Source: Desulfobacterales bacterium
GTDB lineage: Bacteria > Desulfobacterota > Desulfobacteria > Desulfobacterales > Desulfosalsimonadaceae
NCBI GenBank assembly: GCA_018399235.1
Contig: JAGYOX010000001.1
Span: forward strand, 646 to 64,645
Direction of reading: 5' to 3'
DNA: 64,000 nt
Both the position numbers and the translations under genes were made by a program. How positions within the stretch are numbered: the stretch's first letter is position 1; every line of letters begins with the position of its first letter. The notes beneath the pieces were generated by a model. The model made no database searches, had not been told where the DNA came from, and saw nothing but the letters and a program-made list of their open reading frames with translations. This document shows, in pieces, positions 25,132-33,767 of this stretch.

Positions 25132-26523
25132 TCAGGGGAGCTGCATTTTGCCGGGGTTAAGTATCCCCGCCGGGTCAAATGCTTTCTTGATACGTTTCAT
25201 CAGATCCAACAAGTTGGGGGGAATTTCTTTGTCCATGTATTTAGCCTTTGAGATCCCGATGCCGTGCTCCCCCGAGAGGGTTCCCCCTAAGGCCAGCGTA
25301 TAATCAAAAATCTCTTCGACCGCCGAATTTGCTTTTTCCAGCGCTGCCGCGTCCTTTTTATCCAGCATAATATTGAAGTGGATATTGCCGTCCCCGGCAT
25401 GGCCGAAACTGACCATTGTCAGCCCGGTGCTTTGACTGAGCGCATTGATCTTTCTCACCATATCCGGGATTCGGCTACGGGGCACGACGATATCCTCGTT
25501 GATTTTATCCGGGGCCAATGAGTAGAGGGCCGGTGATATGGATTTTCTTGCCTGCCATAACTGCGCGGCGGCTTCCGGACTCTCGGCGCTGTCCACCCGT
25601 CGGGCTCCCAATTCCATGCAAAGCGACTGAATCGCCTCGGCCGCTTCCCGAACGGTTTCCGCCGATCCATCAACTTCGATGATCAACATTGCCGCCACAT
25701 CCTTTGGGAGGCCCGCATTTAAATAATTTTCCACGCAGCGAATCGAAGCGTTATCCATAAATTCAATAGTGCGGGGGATAATGCCACGTCGGATAATTTC
25801 AGACACCGTTTCAGCCGCCGTCCCCATCCGGTCATAGAGTGCGGTCAGGGTCTTTACCGCCTCCGGCAGCGGCAGCAGGCGGAGCGTCAATTTCGTAATA
25901 ATCCCCAGCGTCCCTTCTGAACCCGTCAGCAGACGCGTAAGATCATATCCCACCACGCCTTTTGCCGTCCTGACACCGGTTTGAATAATTTCGCCGGTGG
26001 GCAGCACCACCTCCATCCCCAACACATAGTCGCGGGTCACGCCATATTTAACCGCTTTGGGGCCGCCGGCACATTCGGCCACGTTGCCCCCTAACGTTGA
26101 ATACTCCGAGCTCGAGGGGTCCGGCGGATAAAACAGCCCCTTTTCGCTTACCGCCTTTTGAAGGACGCCGGTGACTACGCCGGGCTCAACATGGACAATA
26201 AGGTTGTCCGTATCGATCTCGACAATCCGGTTAAACCGGGTCATGACAACCACCAGCCCCCCGGCTACCGGTACGGCCCCTCCGGACATGCCGGAACCGG
26301 CTCCCCGGGGAATCACCGCAAAGTTATGCGCATTGGCCAGCATCAGAATTCGGGAAATCTGGTCGCTGTTTTCCGGAAAAGCCACCGCATCCGGCAAAGA
26401 CTCCTGCTTAGTCGCATCAAAAGCGTAGCACAGGCGATCCTCCTTTTCCCGGCTGCAGTTGTCTTTTCCGATAATTCGCTGAATCTGCTTAAACACTTGG
26501 GGCGTAATCGGTTTTAGCGTCAT
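25132..26523 (-). CDS. FAD-linked oxidase, GlcD / D-lactate dehydrogenase family
   Basis: 463 aa. FAD-binding PCMH-type motif VIPRGAGSGMSGGAVP, plus a C-terminal FAD-oxidase_C region with GTLSGEHGIG. Confidence 0.85.
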   Translation of the reverse strand: MTLKPITPQVFKQIQRIIGKDNCSREKEDRLCYAFDATKQESLPDAVAFPENSDQISRILMLANAHNFAVIPRGAGSGMSGGAVPVAGGLVVVMTRFNRIVEIDTDNLIVHVEPGVVTGVLQKAVSEKGLFYPPDPSSSEYSTLGGNVAECAGGPKAVKYGVTRDYVLGMEVVLPTGEIIQTGVRTAKGVVGYDLTRLLTGSEGTLGIITKLTLRLLPLPEAVKTLTALYDRMGTAAETVSEIIRRGIIPRTIEFMDNASIRCVENYLNAGLPKDVAAMLIIEVDGSAETVREAAEAIQSLCMELGARRVDSAESPEAAAQLWQARKSISPALYSLAPDKINEDIVVPRSRIPDMVRKINALSQSTGLTMVSFGHAGDGNIHFNIMLDKKDAAALEKANSAVEEIFDYTLALGGTLSGEHGIGISKAKYMDKEIPPNLLDLMKRIKKAFDPAGILNPGKMQLP

Positions 26524-26570
26524 ATGGATAAAAGGCCGGAGATCATGGAGATACGAAAAGGCGCAAAGGC

Positions 26571-27935
26571 TTAAAACTTCCCGTCCATGAGATGCTTGTC
26601 GATCCGATCTACTTGTTTCCAGACCTCGCCTTTGACCTTTATCTCCTTTTCGATGTTGTTGATTGAATGGATAACAGTGGCATGATAACGGTTAAAACTT
26701 CTCCCGATCGATTGAATGGATTGTCTGGTATGGCGACGGGCCAGAAACATGGCAATCTGCCGGGGCCGAACGACCTCTCTTTTCCTGGAATTGGATTCGA
26801 TTTCTTTTTCTGAAATGCCAAACTCCCTGCAGACCACTTTCTTTATCGACCCAACGGTTATTGTTTTTCTCGTTATTGCGATATTTTTGACAACGCTCTT
26901 AGCCAGCGGCAGATCCACCTCCATGTTCATGAGACGGGATTTAGTAGCCACCCCCATCAAACCGCTTTCAAGAAGCCGCACGCTTTCGGTGAGCTCACTG
27001 GCTATATATTCAATCACCTCGGTGGGAAACGCGCATTCATAATTATGAACCTTATTCTTTAGAATCTTTACTCGGGTGGAAAAGTCAGGAATCTGGATTT
27101 CTGAAATGACGCTCTGGGACAATCGGGACCGCAAATGCTCACCCAGCTTCGGAATATCCTTTAACGGCATGGTACTGGAAAAAATGATTTTCTTCCCTGA
27201 ATCGTATAAATAATCAAGAGACAAGGCCAGCTCATCCTGGGTCCGGGTGCGGCCGGCTAAAAAATGGATATCATCTAATAACAAGACATCACAATTATTC
27301 CGGTATTTCTGTTTAAATTCGGTAATCGAGTTGCTTCTCAAGGAATTGACCATGTCGGTGGTAAAATCCTCGGCCGTTATATACATCACCCGTTCATTCG
27401 GAAAGGCTGAAAGGATTTTATGACCAACCGCCTGGGACAAATGGCTTTTACCCATTCCCGGCTGCGACAACAGGAAAAGCGGCGGAAACTTGTTTTCCTG
27501 GCAGGCCAGGGCAAACGCCGCATTATAGGCAAACGTTGAATTCTCGCCCACAACAAAACGATCAAACGTAAAATCCTTTCGCAAGAGTCTGCCGTATCTT
27601 GGCTGACATTCGAACTTGGGCAGGCTTATTTGGGAATAACCCTTTTTAGGCTGTATAGGCTTAGGCTTCCCGCCATTACCATTGTTATTGGCATTGTCAT
27701 GAGAGACCTCAAGCAAAAGCCTTGTCTGCCGGCCAACCAGCCGGGTTAATTCGCTTTTAATCGTCCCCCCGAAATTGTCCCTCACCCGCTGCTTAAATAA
27801 AAAATTCGGGCACTCCAGCACAACCGCATCATCGATTGTTTTTAAAAATTCTACCGGCTCAATCCACATTTGATAGACATGCGTGGGGGTAGACTCCTTG
27901 ATCGACGCCTTCACCTTTTCCCAGATACTTTTCAT
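26571..27935 (-). CDS. dnaA: Chromosomal replication initiator protein DnaA
   Basis: 454 aa. AAA+ Walker A SQPGMGKSHL, Walker B LLLDDIHFL, and C-terminal DNA-binding domain RPRQIAMFLARRHT...IGRSFN.YHATVIHSINNIE. Confidence 0.95.
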   Translation of the reverse strand: MKSIWEKVKASIKESTPTHVYQMWIEPVEFLKTIDDAVVLECPNFLFKQRVRDNFGGTIKSELTRLVGRQTRLLLEVSHDNANNNGNGGKPKPIQPKKGYSQISLPKFECQPRYGRLLRKDFTFDRFVVGENSTFAYNAAFALACQENKFPPLFLLSQPGMGKSHLSQAVGHKILSAFPNERVMYITAEDFTTDMVNSLRSNSITEFKQKYRNNCDVLLLDDIHFLAGRTRTQDELALSLDYLYDSGKKIIFSSTMPLKDIPKLGEHLRSRLSQSVISEIQIPDFSTRVKILKNKVHNYECAFPTEVIEYIASELTESVRLLESGLMGVATKSRLMNMEVDLPLAKSVVKNIAITRKTITVGSIKKVVCREFGISEKEIESNSRKREVVRPRQIAMFLARRHTRQSIQSIGRSFNRYHATVIHSINNIEKEIKVKGEVWKQVDRIDKHLMDGKF

Positions 27936-28601
27936 AAGAACACGTCCTCGCCGAGCGATAAGAGATCAAAAAAAGCTTGTCGTTAAAAGGGCCTTAAGCT
28001 AAAAAAAAAAGACAATATAAGATGATCAACGCGCAAATTGTTTCCTGTGCGGCAGGTTCAATTTTAGATTAAAAAGGAATTTGGATTTTCTCTGTTTGAA
28101 TTGATCTGCAAAAACCCAAAAGATCAAAAACGATCAATTAGCCCCTTATATAATTCATCCCGGCAAGCGGGTCAAATGAGATCAGGTGCTAAATTGACGC
28201 TTTTGTGAAGTAACTTTCAACAATATATATCTATCTGATTATTTAACTTAAATTTTAACCCCCATAGTACAACTAGTTTAATGTGCAACGAAATTTCAAC
28301 TATGAGGGTATCCCAGCAAATGTGGGGGAAACTGCCTTTCAGTATAAAACCGGTGTAGATGCAGATTGACAAAAAACTTCCATTTTTTTAAAATTCCTTT
28401 GATTTTTACGATTATTTGATTTTCCGGTTACAATTGAGTGACGACATTGCCCCCGCAAAAGAAAAATTAGTGCAATTTTAAATAATTAACAGAAATGTCA
28501 AAAAAGATAGTAAAAACGGTGGACTCAGTCGAACTAACTGTTGTTAATAAAAATACATCAAATCAAAAAAATTAATTTTTTTTATTTGGGGAATCCGTAT
28601 C
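27936..28601. other. Candidate oriC / dnaA promoter region (AT-rich 666-bp intergenic)
   Basis: Longest non-repeat intergenic region in the window, immediately upstream of dnaA. Very AT-rich, with A/T tracts at 28540-28595 and five GATC-containing motifs (agatcaaaaa twice, tgatcaac, cgatcaatt, gagatcagg). No perfect TTATCCACA box found by eye. Confidence 0.4.
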
Positions 28602-29780
28602 ATGTCGCAGGTTAAACCAGGACTGGAACAAATGATCGCTAATCCGCCGTCCTGGCTTTTTGGACAACGACTCGGCCTTTTATGCAATCCGGCGTCAGTG
28701 GACGGGTTTTACCGGCATGCAAAAGAGTTAATCTGCCAGCGGTTTCCCGGCCGGCTCACCGCCCTTTTTTCCCCCCAGCATGGGTTTTATTCGGAAAAAC
28801 AGGATAACATGATTGAATCCGGGGATGGCGTTGATCCGGAGACGGGTATTCCGGTGTACAGCCTGTATGGCAGAACCCGCGTCCCTGAGCCCGACATGTT
28901 CGAGGGGATCGATGTCCTGCTCATCGATTTGCAGGACGTCGGCACCCGCGTATACACGTTTGCCACCACCGTTTCATATTGCCTTGAGGCCGCCCAAAAA
29001 ATGGACAAACGGGTTCTGGTGCTTGACCGTCCCAACCCGGTAAACGGAATCCAGGTGGAAGGTAACCGTCTGACAACAGATTTCGCCTCATTCGTTGGCC
29101 GATATCCGATCCCCATGCGTCACGGGTTAACCCTGGGGGAGTATGCCCGCTACATCAATGATTGCCATGACATCGGGTGTCAGCTTGAAGTCATCGCAAT
29201 GAACGGCTGGCGGCGACACATGTATTTTTCAGATACAGGGCTGCCATGGGTTCCGCCATCGCCAAATCTGCCGACGCCCCAGTCTGCCATGGTTTACCCG
29301 GGGCAGGTAATATTTGAAGGCACCAATATCTCGGAAGGCCGGGGCACCACAACCCCGTTTGAAGTTTTCGGCGCGCCGTTTATCGATCCCCAAAAAATTT
29401 TATCCTTTATGGGAGGAAGGGAGTTCAAGGGGGGGATACTCAGAACCGTGGCCTTTGAACCCATGTTTCACAAATGGCAAAATGAAACCTGCCATGGGCT
29501 TCACATCCATGTCACCCGCCCTAGCGCCTACAATGCCTATCAAACGGCATTAAAACTGATACAGGCGGTCATGTATTATTATCCGGAGAGTTTCAAGTGG
29601 CGCGAGCCGCCCTATGAGTATGAATGGGAAAAACTGCCGATCGACCTGATCACCGGGGATGACAAAATCAGGCGCCGGCTCGAAGGCTTTGAGCCGGTCG
29701 AGGCCATTGCCGCCGAATGGGTGGATGATTTAAACATTTTTCAGAAAGAAACAAACCCCTATCATCTCTATGAACAATAG
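28602..29780 (+). CDS. DUF1343 family protein (YbbC/NamZ-like exo-beta-N-acetylmuramidase)
   Basis: 392 aa. VLLIDLQDVGTRVYT, LDRPNP and GLTLGE motifs match my recollection of the DUF1343/YbbC family. Confidence 0.65.
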   Translation: MSQVKPGLEQMIANPPSWLFGQRLGLLCNPASVDGFYRHAKELICQRFPGRLTALFSPQHGFYSEKQDNMIESGDGVDPETGIPVYSLYGRTRVPEPDMFEGIDVLLIDLQDVGTRVYTFATTVSYCLEAAQKMDKRVLVLDRPNPVNGIQVEGNRLTTDFASFVGRYPIPMRHGLTLGEYARYINDCHDIGCQLEVIAMNGWRRHMYFSDTGLPWVPPSPNLPTPQSAMVYPGQVIFEGTNISEGRGTTTPFEVFGAPFIDPQKILSFMGGREFKGGILRTVAFEPMFHKWQNETCHGLHIHVTRPSAYNAYQTALKLIQAVMYYYPESFKWREPPYEYEWEKLPIDLITGDDKIRRRLEGFEPVEAIAAEWVDDLNIFQKETNPYHLYEQ

Positions 29781-30489
29781 CAAAAATAATCCGCAATCCC
29801 ATGTTGAGAATCAAATATCAGAATGGGTGCGCAAGCTATTCAAGGGCAACAAGGTGTGGATGGCCATAGACCGGCAGGGACGGCCGGTGACGGATAAAAA
29901 TAAGGTATTGATTAAATATCAGCTTGATCAAGCCTATAAATACTGGGTGCGCACAGATAAAATCAAAGACCTGGATGCTGAAAACCAAGGGAAAAAGCCC
30001 GCCAAACCGAATAAGGCTCAAAAAATAAAGCCAAAAAAAGCTAACCCGCCAACGCCACCGGCATCCCCCGATTCAAAACCGGATGAACAAGTAATCCACG
30101 TCTATACGGATGGGGCTTCTTCAGGCAATCCCGGGCCGGCCGGTATCGGGGTGTTGCTGAAATACGGTCCGCATGAACGCGAAATTTCAAGGTATATCGG
30201 ATCCGCAACAAATAATATTGCCGAGCTATTGGCCGTAAAGACGGCCCTTGAAGCGATTAAAAAAAAGAACATCCCAATCCGGCTTTATACAGATAGCAGC
30301 TATGTCTATGGGTTGCTTTCAGGCGGGTGGAAAGCCCATAAAAATAAAGCGCTGGTCGATAAAACCCGCAGGCTCTGCCGGCAGTTTTCAGATTTGGAGT
30401 TGATAAAAGTAAAGGGTCACGCCGGCATTGAAGGAAATGTAAAGGCCGATCACCTGGCAACAAGCGCTATTAAAAACAAAGCTCCCTGA
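29770..30489 (+). CDS. rnhA: Ribonuclease HI with about 100-aa N-terminal extension
   Basis: C-terminal ~135 aa carries the RNase H DEDD pattern (YTDGASSGNPGPAGIG, NNIAELLAVKTALE, LYTDSSYV, KGHAGIEGNVKADHLA). The N-terminus has a small domain plus a Lys/Pro-rich linker. 11-nt overlap with the upstream gene. Confidence 0.85.
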   Translation: MNNSKNNPQSHVENQISEWVRKLFKGNKVWMAIDRQGRPVTDKNKVLIKYQLDQAYKYWVRTDKIKDLDAENQGKKPAKPNKAQKIKPKKANPPTPPASPDSKPDEQVIHVYTDGASSGNPGPAGIGVLLKYGPHEREISRYIGSATNNIAELLAVKTALEAIKKKNIPIRLYTDSSYVYGLLSGGWKAHKNKALVDKTRRLCRQFSDLELIKVKGHAGIEGNVKADHLATSAIKNKAP

Positions 30490-30596
30490 TTCTTGTTTTA
30501 ATGAGACCCCGCTTTTCGACAGGGAACAAAAAAAACCCCGCTGATATGCATACCCCACGGAGTTTTTTTATTCTCTAACGAAATGCGTTTTGTTTA

Positions 30597-30878
30597 TTAC
30601 TTGGCTTTCAGGGATTCAATCTCTTTTTTTAGCTCTTCGTTTTCTTTTCTGTATTTTTCCAGTTCAGTTTCCGGTTCCGTATCCATAGGGGAAACCTCGC
30701 CCTCTTTTTGCCATGTGTCTTTTAGTTCATCAAAGCCAAGATACAGCGCCAGACAGCCACCCAGCAACAACATAACCGGAACAGCGCCGGCCAGAAGTTG
30801 CAAAAACGCATTAAACCAAATCGCCAATCCGATCACACCGATCACGGCTGCTATTGCGCCACCAATTAACGTTTTCAT
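30597..30878 (-). CDS. Small two-TM membrane protein with C-terminal coiled-coil, function unknown
   Basis: 93 aa. AGGAGG RBS 11 nt upstream. Two hydrophobic helices, then EKYRKENEELKKEIESLKAK. The overlapping plus-strand ORF 30583-30942 is low-complexity and rejected. Confidence 0.6.
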   Translation of the reverse strand: MKTLIGGAIAAVIGVIGLAIWFNAFLQLLAGAVPVMLLLGGCLALYLGFDELKDTWQKEGEVSPMDTEPETELEKYRKENEELKKEIESLKAK

Positions 30879-31044
30879 AAAGCCGCATCCTCCTTTAATA
30901 ATTTATGTTCCCGATCCTATAAAATCCAATCACGTATCTTAATAGTTAAAGTTAGTATCTACCATAAGCACTTGGGTAAAGCAAGGCAAAATTTAAGGAT
31001 CAGCATATACACGGCCCCCGTTCATTTTAGGATGGACGGGGATA

Positions 31045-33759
31045 ATGCGCTTGAAAACAACCCGACAAATTGTTAAAAACGATTATCTTTTTACTTCAGG
31101 TTATACAGAAATGGGCCTTAAAAAAATTCAAAAAAATATTCGGGCATGGTGGGACAGGCAGATTTCCGGCGCCTATCATCCTTTTACCTCTTATTTACCG
31201 CCGCAGACGGGTATTATTTCCCGATTGATATTGAAACTGCTGTTCACCGGTATTCAAGTGGACGCCCAACACACCGATCTGCCGCGCCAGGACGAAAATA
31301 AAGACCGCATCATTATCTACGTCAACAAGTACAAAAGCTATTTTGAATACTTTTTTTTTCATACCCGGTTTCGGCATGACGGCCTGATCCACCCCGGCAT
31401 CGGATTCGATTATCATATTATTCTCTGGCAGCCCTTGACGCGGTTTTTCAAAATTATTCTTTCCCATTTCAACTATTTTATCAAGCATCTGGCATTGCCC
31501 GATCCTTATAAAAGCGGCTATATCCGCGACAAACTGATGGCCGGAAATGCGGCTCTGCTTTCCCTGGTGGAAGAGAAGGGCTTTTACCGCCGATTTGTTA
31601 AATCCAAGCCCGACCCCTTCCACTATCTAATTGAAATTCAAAAGCGTATCGACCGGCCCATATACTTTTACCCCCAATTGATGTTATTTGGCAAAGTGCC
31701 GGAAAAAACCCGTCTGACATTTATCGATATGCTTTTCGGCACCAATGAGAATCCAGGCCGAATCAGACGGCTGCTCACCTTGATAAGAAATCCGAAAACC
31801 ATATTTATTGAAACCTCAGAGCCCCTGTGCCTGCAAAAATTCCTTTCACGTCCGGAAATCGCCAAACTGTCTTCAAAAAACCAAGCGGTTGCCCTGCGCA
31901 GACATTTACTGGACCAGATCAACCGCCATCGCCAGAGCATTACAGGTCCGACGTTGAAATCCCGCCTGGAAATCATTGAAGAACTGCTTACCCGGCAGGA
32001 TGTGCAAAAATTTATTGCGGAGTATGCCAAGGAATCCAATGTTTCCATTCACCAAGCGCATAAACAGGCAGCGGCGTATCTTGATGAAATCGCATCCAAC
32101 TATAACCTTAAAATGATCCGCATATTTGATGTGGCCCTGCGCTGGATGTTTCGCACCATTTTCGAGGGGATGGTTATCGATTACAGCGGCCTCGACCGGG
32201 TAAAACGAATTTCCAGAAATGCCCCGCTGATTTTGGTGCCATGTCATAAAAGCCATCTGGATTACCTGATTCTATCCTATGTTTTTTTCAACAACAATAT
32301 GCCCTGCCCCTTGATTGCCGCCGGCAAAAACCTTTCCTTCTGGCCGCTGGGACCAATATTCCGCGGCGGCGGCGCGTTTTTTCTCCGGCGCACGTTCAAA
32401 GGGGAAAGGCTCTATCCCAAAATATTTGCCGCCTATATCCAAAAAATTATTGATGAAGGCTTTTATGTGGAATTCTTTCCGGAAGGCGGACGAAGCCGCA
32501 CCGGTAAACTTTTGGCTCCTAAAATCGGGCTGCTGTCGCTGATCCTGGAGGCATACCAGGATATTCGCTGGAGCGACATGATGTTTGTGCCGATCTACAT
32601 CGGCTATGACCGGGTTCTGGAAGAAAAAGCCTATATCCATGAACTGGAAGGCGGGAAAAAAGCCCCGGAAAATTTAAAAAACATGCTTAAAGCCAGAAAA
32701 TTTTTAAAAAGAAAATACGGCAAAATCTATCTGAATTTTAATGAGCCCGTCTCTTTAAGACATTATCTGAAACACCATGATCCGGAACTGAATGAAGCGC
32801 TCTTTGATTCAAAAAAGACCTCCCTGCACTTGGGCCGGCGCCTGATCGGCGCCATCAACCAGGTAACCGTGGTCACGCCGCACGCCGTGCTGGCAGGCGC
32901 TGTTTTAAATTGCGGGCAGAAACGGTTTTACTTTAACCAGCTCTTCCATATTGTTGAAACCTATATGGCCTATTTATTAAATCAGAGGGCCAATCTTTCA
33001 GACACCCTGATTATCGACCGAAACAGCGCATTCATGCATACCCTTGAAACTTTTGTCCAGAATAAGATTCTGGAAAAGAGTACCACCGAACTTTCCACTG
33101 CCAGTGAGTCCAACCCTCTTTTCAAAATAAGCGACAACCGGCGGCCCGCGTTGGAATATTACAAAAACAACTGTGTCATATGTTTCATCCCCGGTGCATT
33201 TACGGCCATGGCCATACTCTATGCGGATGCCTTTCAGTTTTCATCGTCAGAGCTTTATGAGAGCTATGATTTTCTGAAAACGCTTTTTGCCAATGAATTC
33301 ATCTTTGAAAATGAGCTGCCGGTTGAGCATACCGTAAGAAAGACATTGAAATCATTTATTGACGACGCCATTTTGATGCCGCATCCGACGTTGCCGGAAA
33401 CCTATAACATAACATCTGCCGGTTACAGAAAACTCTATATGTTTGCCGCGTTCCTGGGCCCGTTTTTCGATTCCTACTGGGTTGTCCTCAACTATATGCG
33501 GCGTTATACCAAACAACCCATTTTTGAAGTCAAAGATTATATCAAAAAGATTCACGCCTTGGGCAACCGAATGTATAAGCGAAATGAGATCACCCGGAAG
33601 GAAGCATTGACCAAAATAAACTACCAGAATGCGATCGCCTGTTTTAACGACAAAGGTTTGACCAATCCCGAGACAGACCCGGAGCTATTCGAGTTCTATC
33701 TTGAAAAACTCCAAAACTACCGCAGATACCTGCAGGAAAAAACGCCCTTGCTGTCTTAG
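31045..33759 (+). CDS. plsB: Glycerol-3-phosphate acyltransferase PlsB
   Basis: 904 aa. H(X)4D acyltransferase motif VPCHKSHLDYLIL, FFLRR and EGGRSRTGK blocks as in E. coli PlsB. The start may be the internal Met at 31111. Confidence 0.85.
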   Translation: MRLKTTRQIVKNDYLFTSGYTEMGLKKIQKNIRAWWDRQISGAYHPFTSYLPPQTGIISRLILKLLFTGIQVDAQHTDLPRQDENKDRIIIYVNKYKSYFEYFFFHTRFRHDGLIHPGIGFDYHIILWQPLTRFFKIILSHFNYFIKHLALPDPYKSGYIRDKLMAGNAALLSLVEEKGFYRRFVKSKPDPFHYLIEIQKRIDRPIYFYPQLMLFGKVPEKTRLTFIDMLFGTNENPGRIRRLLTLIRNPKTIFIETSEPLCLQKFLSRPEIAKLSSKNQAVALRRHLLDQINRHRQSITGPTLKSRLEIIEELLTRQDVQKFIAEYAKESNVSIHQAHKQAAAYLDEIASNYNLKMIRIFDVALRWMFRTIFEGMVIDYSGLDRVKRISRNAPLILVPCHKSHLDYLILSYVFFNNNMPCPLIAAGKNLSFWPLGPIFRGGGAFFLRRTFKGERLYPKIFAAYIQKIIDEGFYVEFFPEGGRSRTGKLLAPKIGLLSLILEAYQDIRWSDMMFVPIYIGYDRVLEEKAYIHELEGGKKAPENLKNMLKARKFLKRKYGKIYLNFNEPVSLRHYLKHHDPELNEALFDSKKTSLHLGRRLIGAINQVTVVTPHAVLAGAVLNCGQKRFYFNQLFHIVETYMAYLLNQRANLSDTLIIDRNSAFMHTLETFVQNKILEKSTTELSTASESNPLFKISDNRRPALEYYKNNCVICFIPGAFTAMAILYADAFQFSSSELYESYDFLKTLFANEFIFENELPVEHTVRKTLKSFIDDAILMPHPTLPETYNITSAGYRKLYMFAAFLGPFFDSYWVVLNYMRRYTKQPIFEVKDYIKKIHALGNRMYKRNEITRKEALTKINYQNAIACFNDKGLTNPETDPELFEFYLEKLQNYRRYLQEKTPLLS

Positions 33760-33767
33760 CTTGTATA

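Noticed and set aside
25118-25132. 15-nt identity (ttacgaagccatcg-type) between the alaS 3' end (38354-38368) and the region next to the glcD-like stop, considered as a shared repeat-insertion target
   Set aside because: A few chance 15-mer matches are expected in a 64-kb window searched on both strands, and the flanking sequence does not extend the similarity.
27936-28601. Canonical DnaA boxes (TTATCCACA/TGTGGATAA)
   Set aside because: No perfect or one-mismatch box was found by eye, so the origin call is kept at low confidence rather than asserted.
30530-30596. Possible terminator downstream of rnhA or the small membrane gene (aaccccg...ccccacggagttttttt)
   Set aside because: The two C-rich segments are not complementary to each other, so no stable stem precedes the T-run.
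30583-30942. 119-aa plus-strand ORF overlapping the small membrane protein gene
   Set aside because: It is Ser/Phe-rich low-complexity sequence with no RBS. The minus-strand ORF has an AGGAGG RBS and a coherent two-TM plus coiled-coil architecture.
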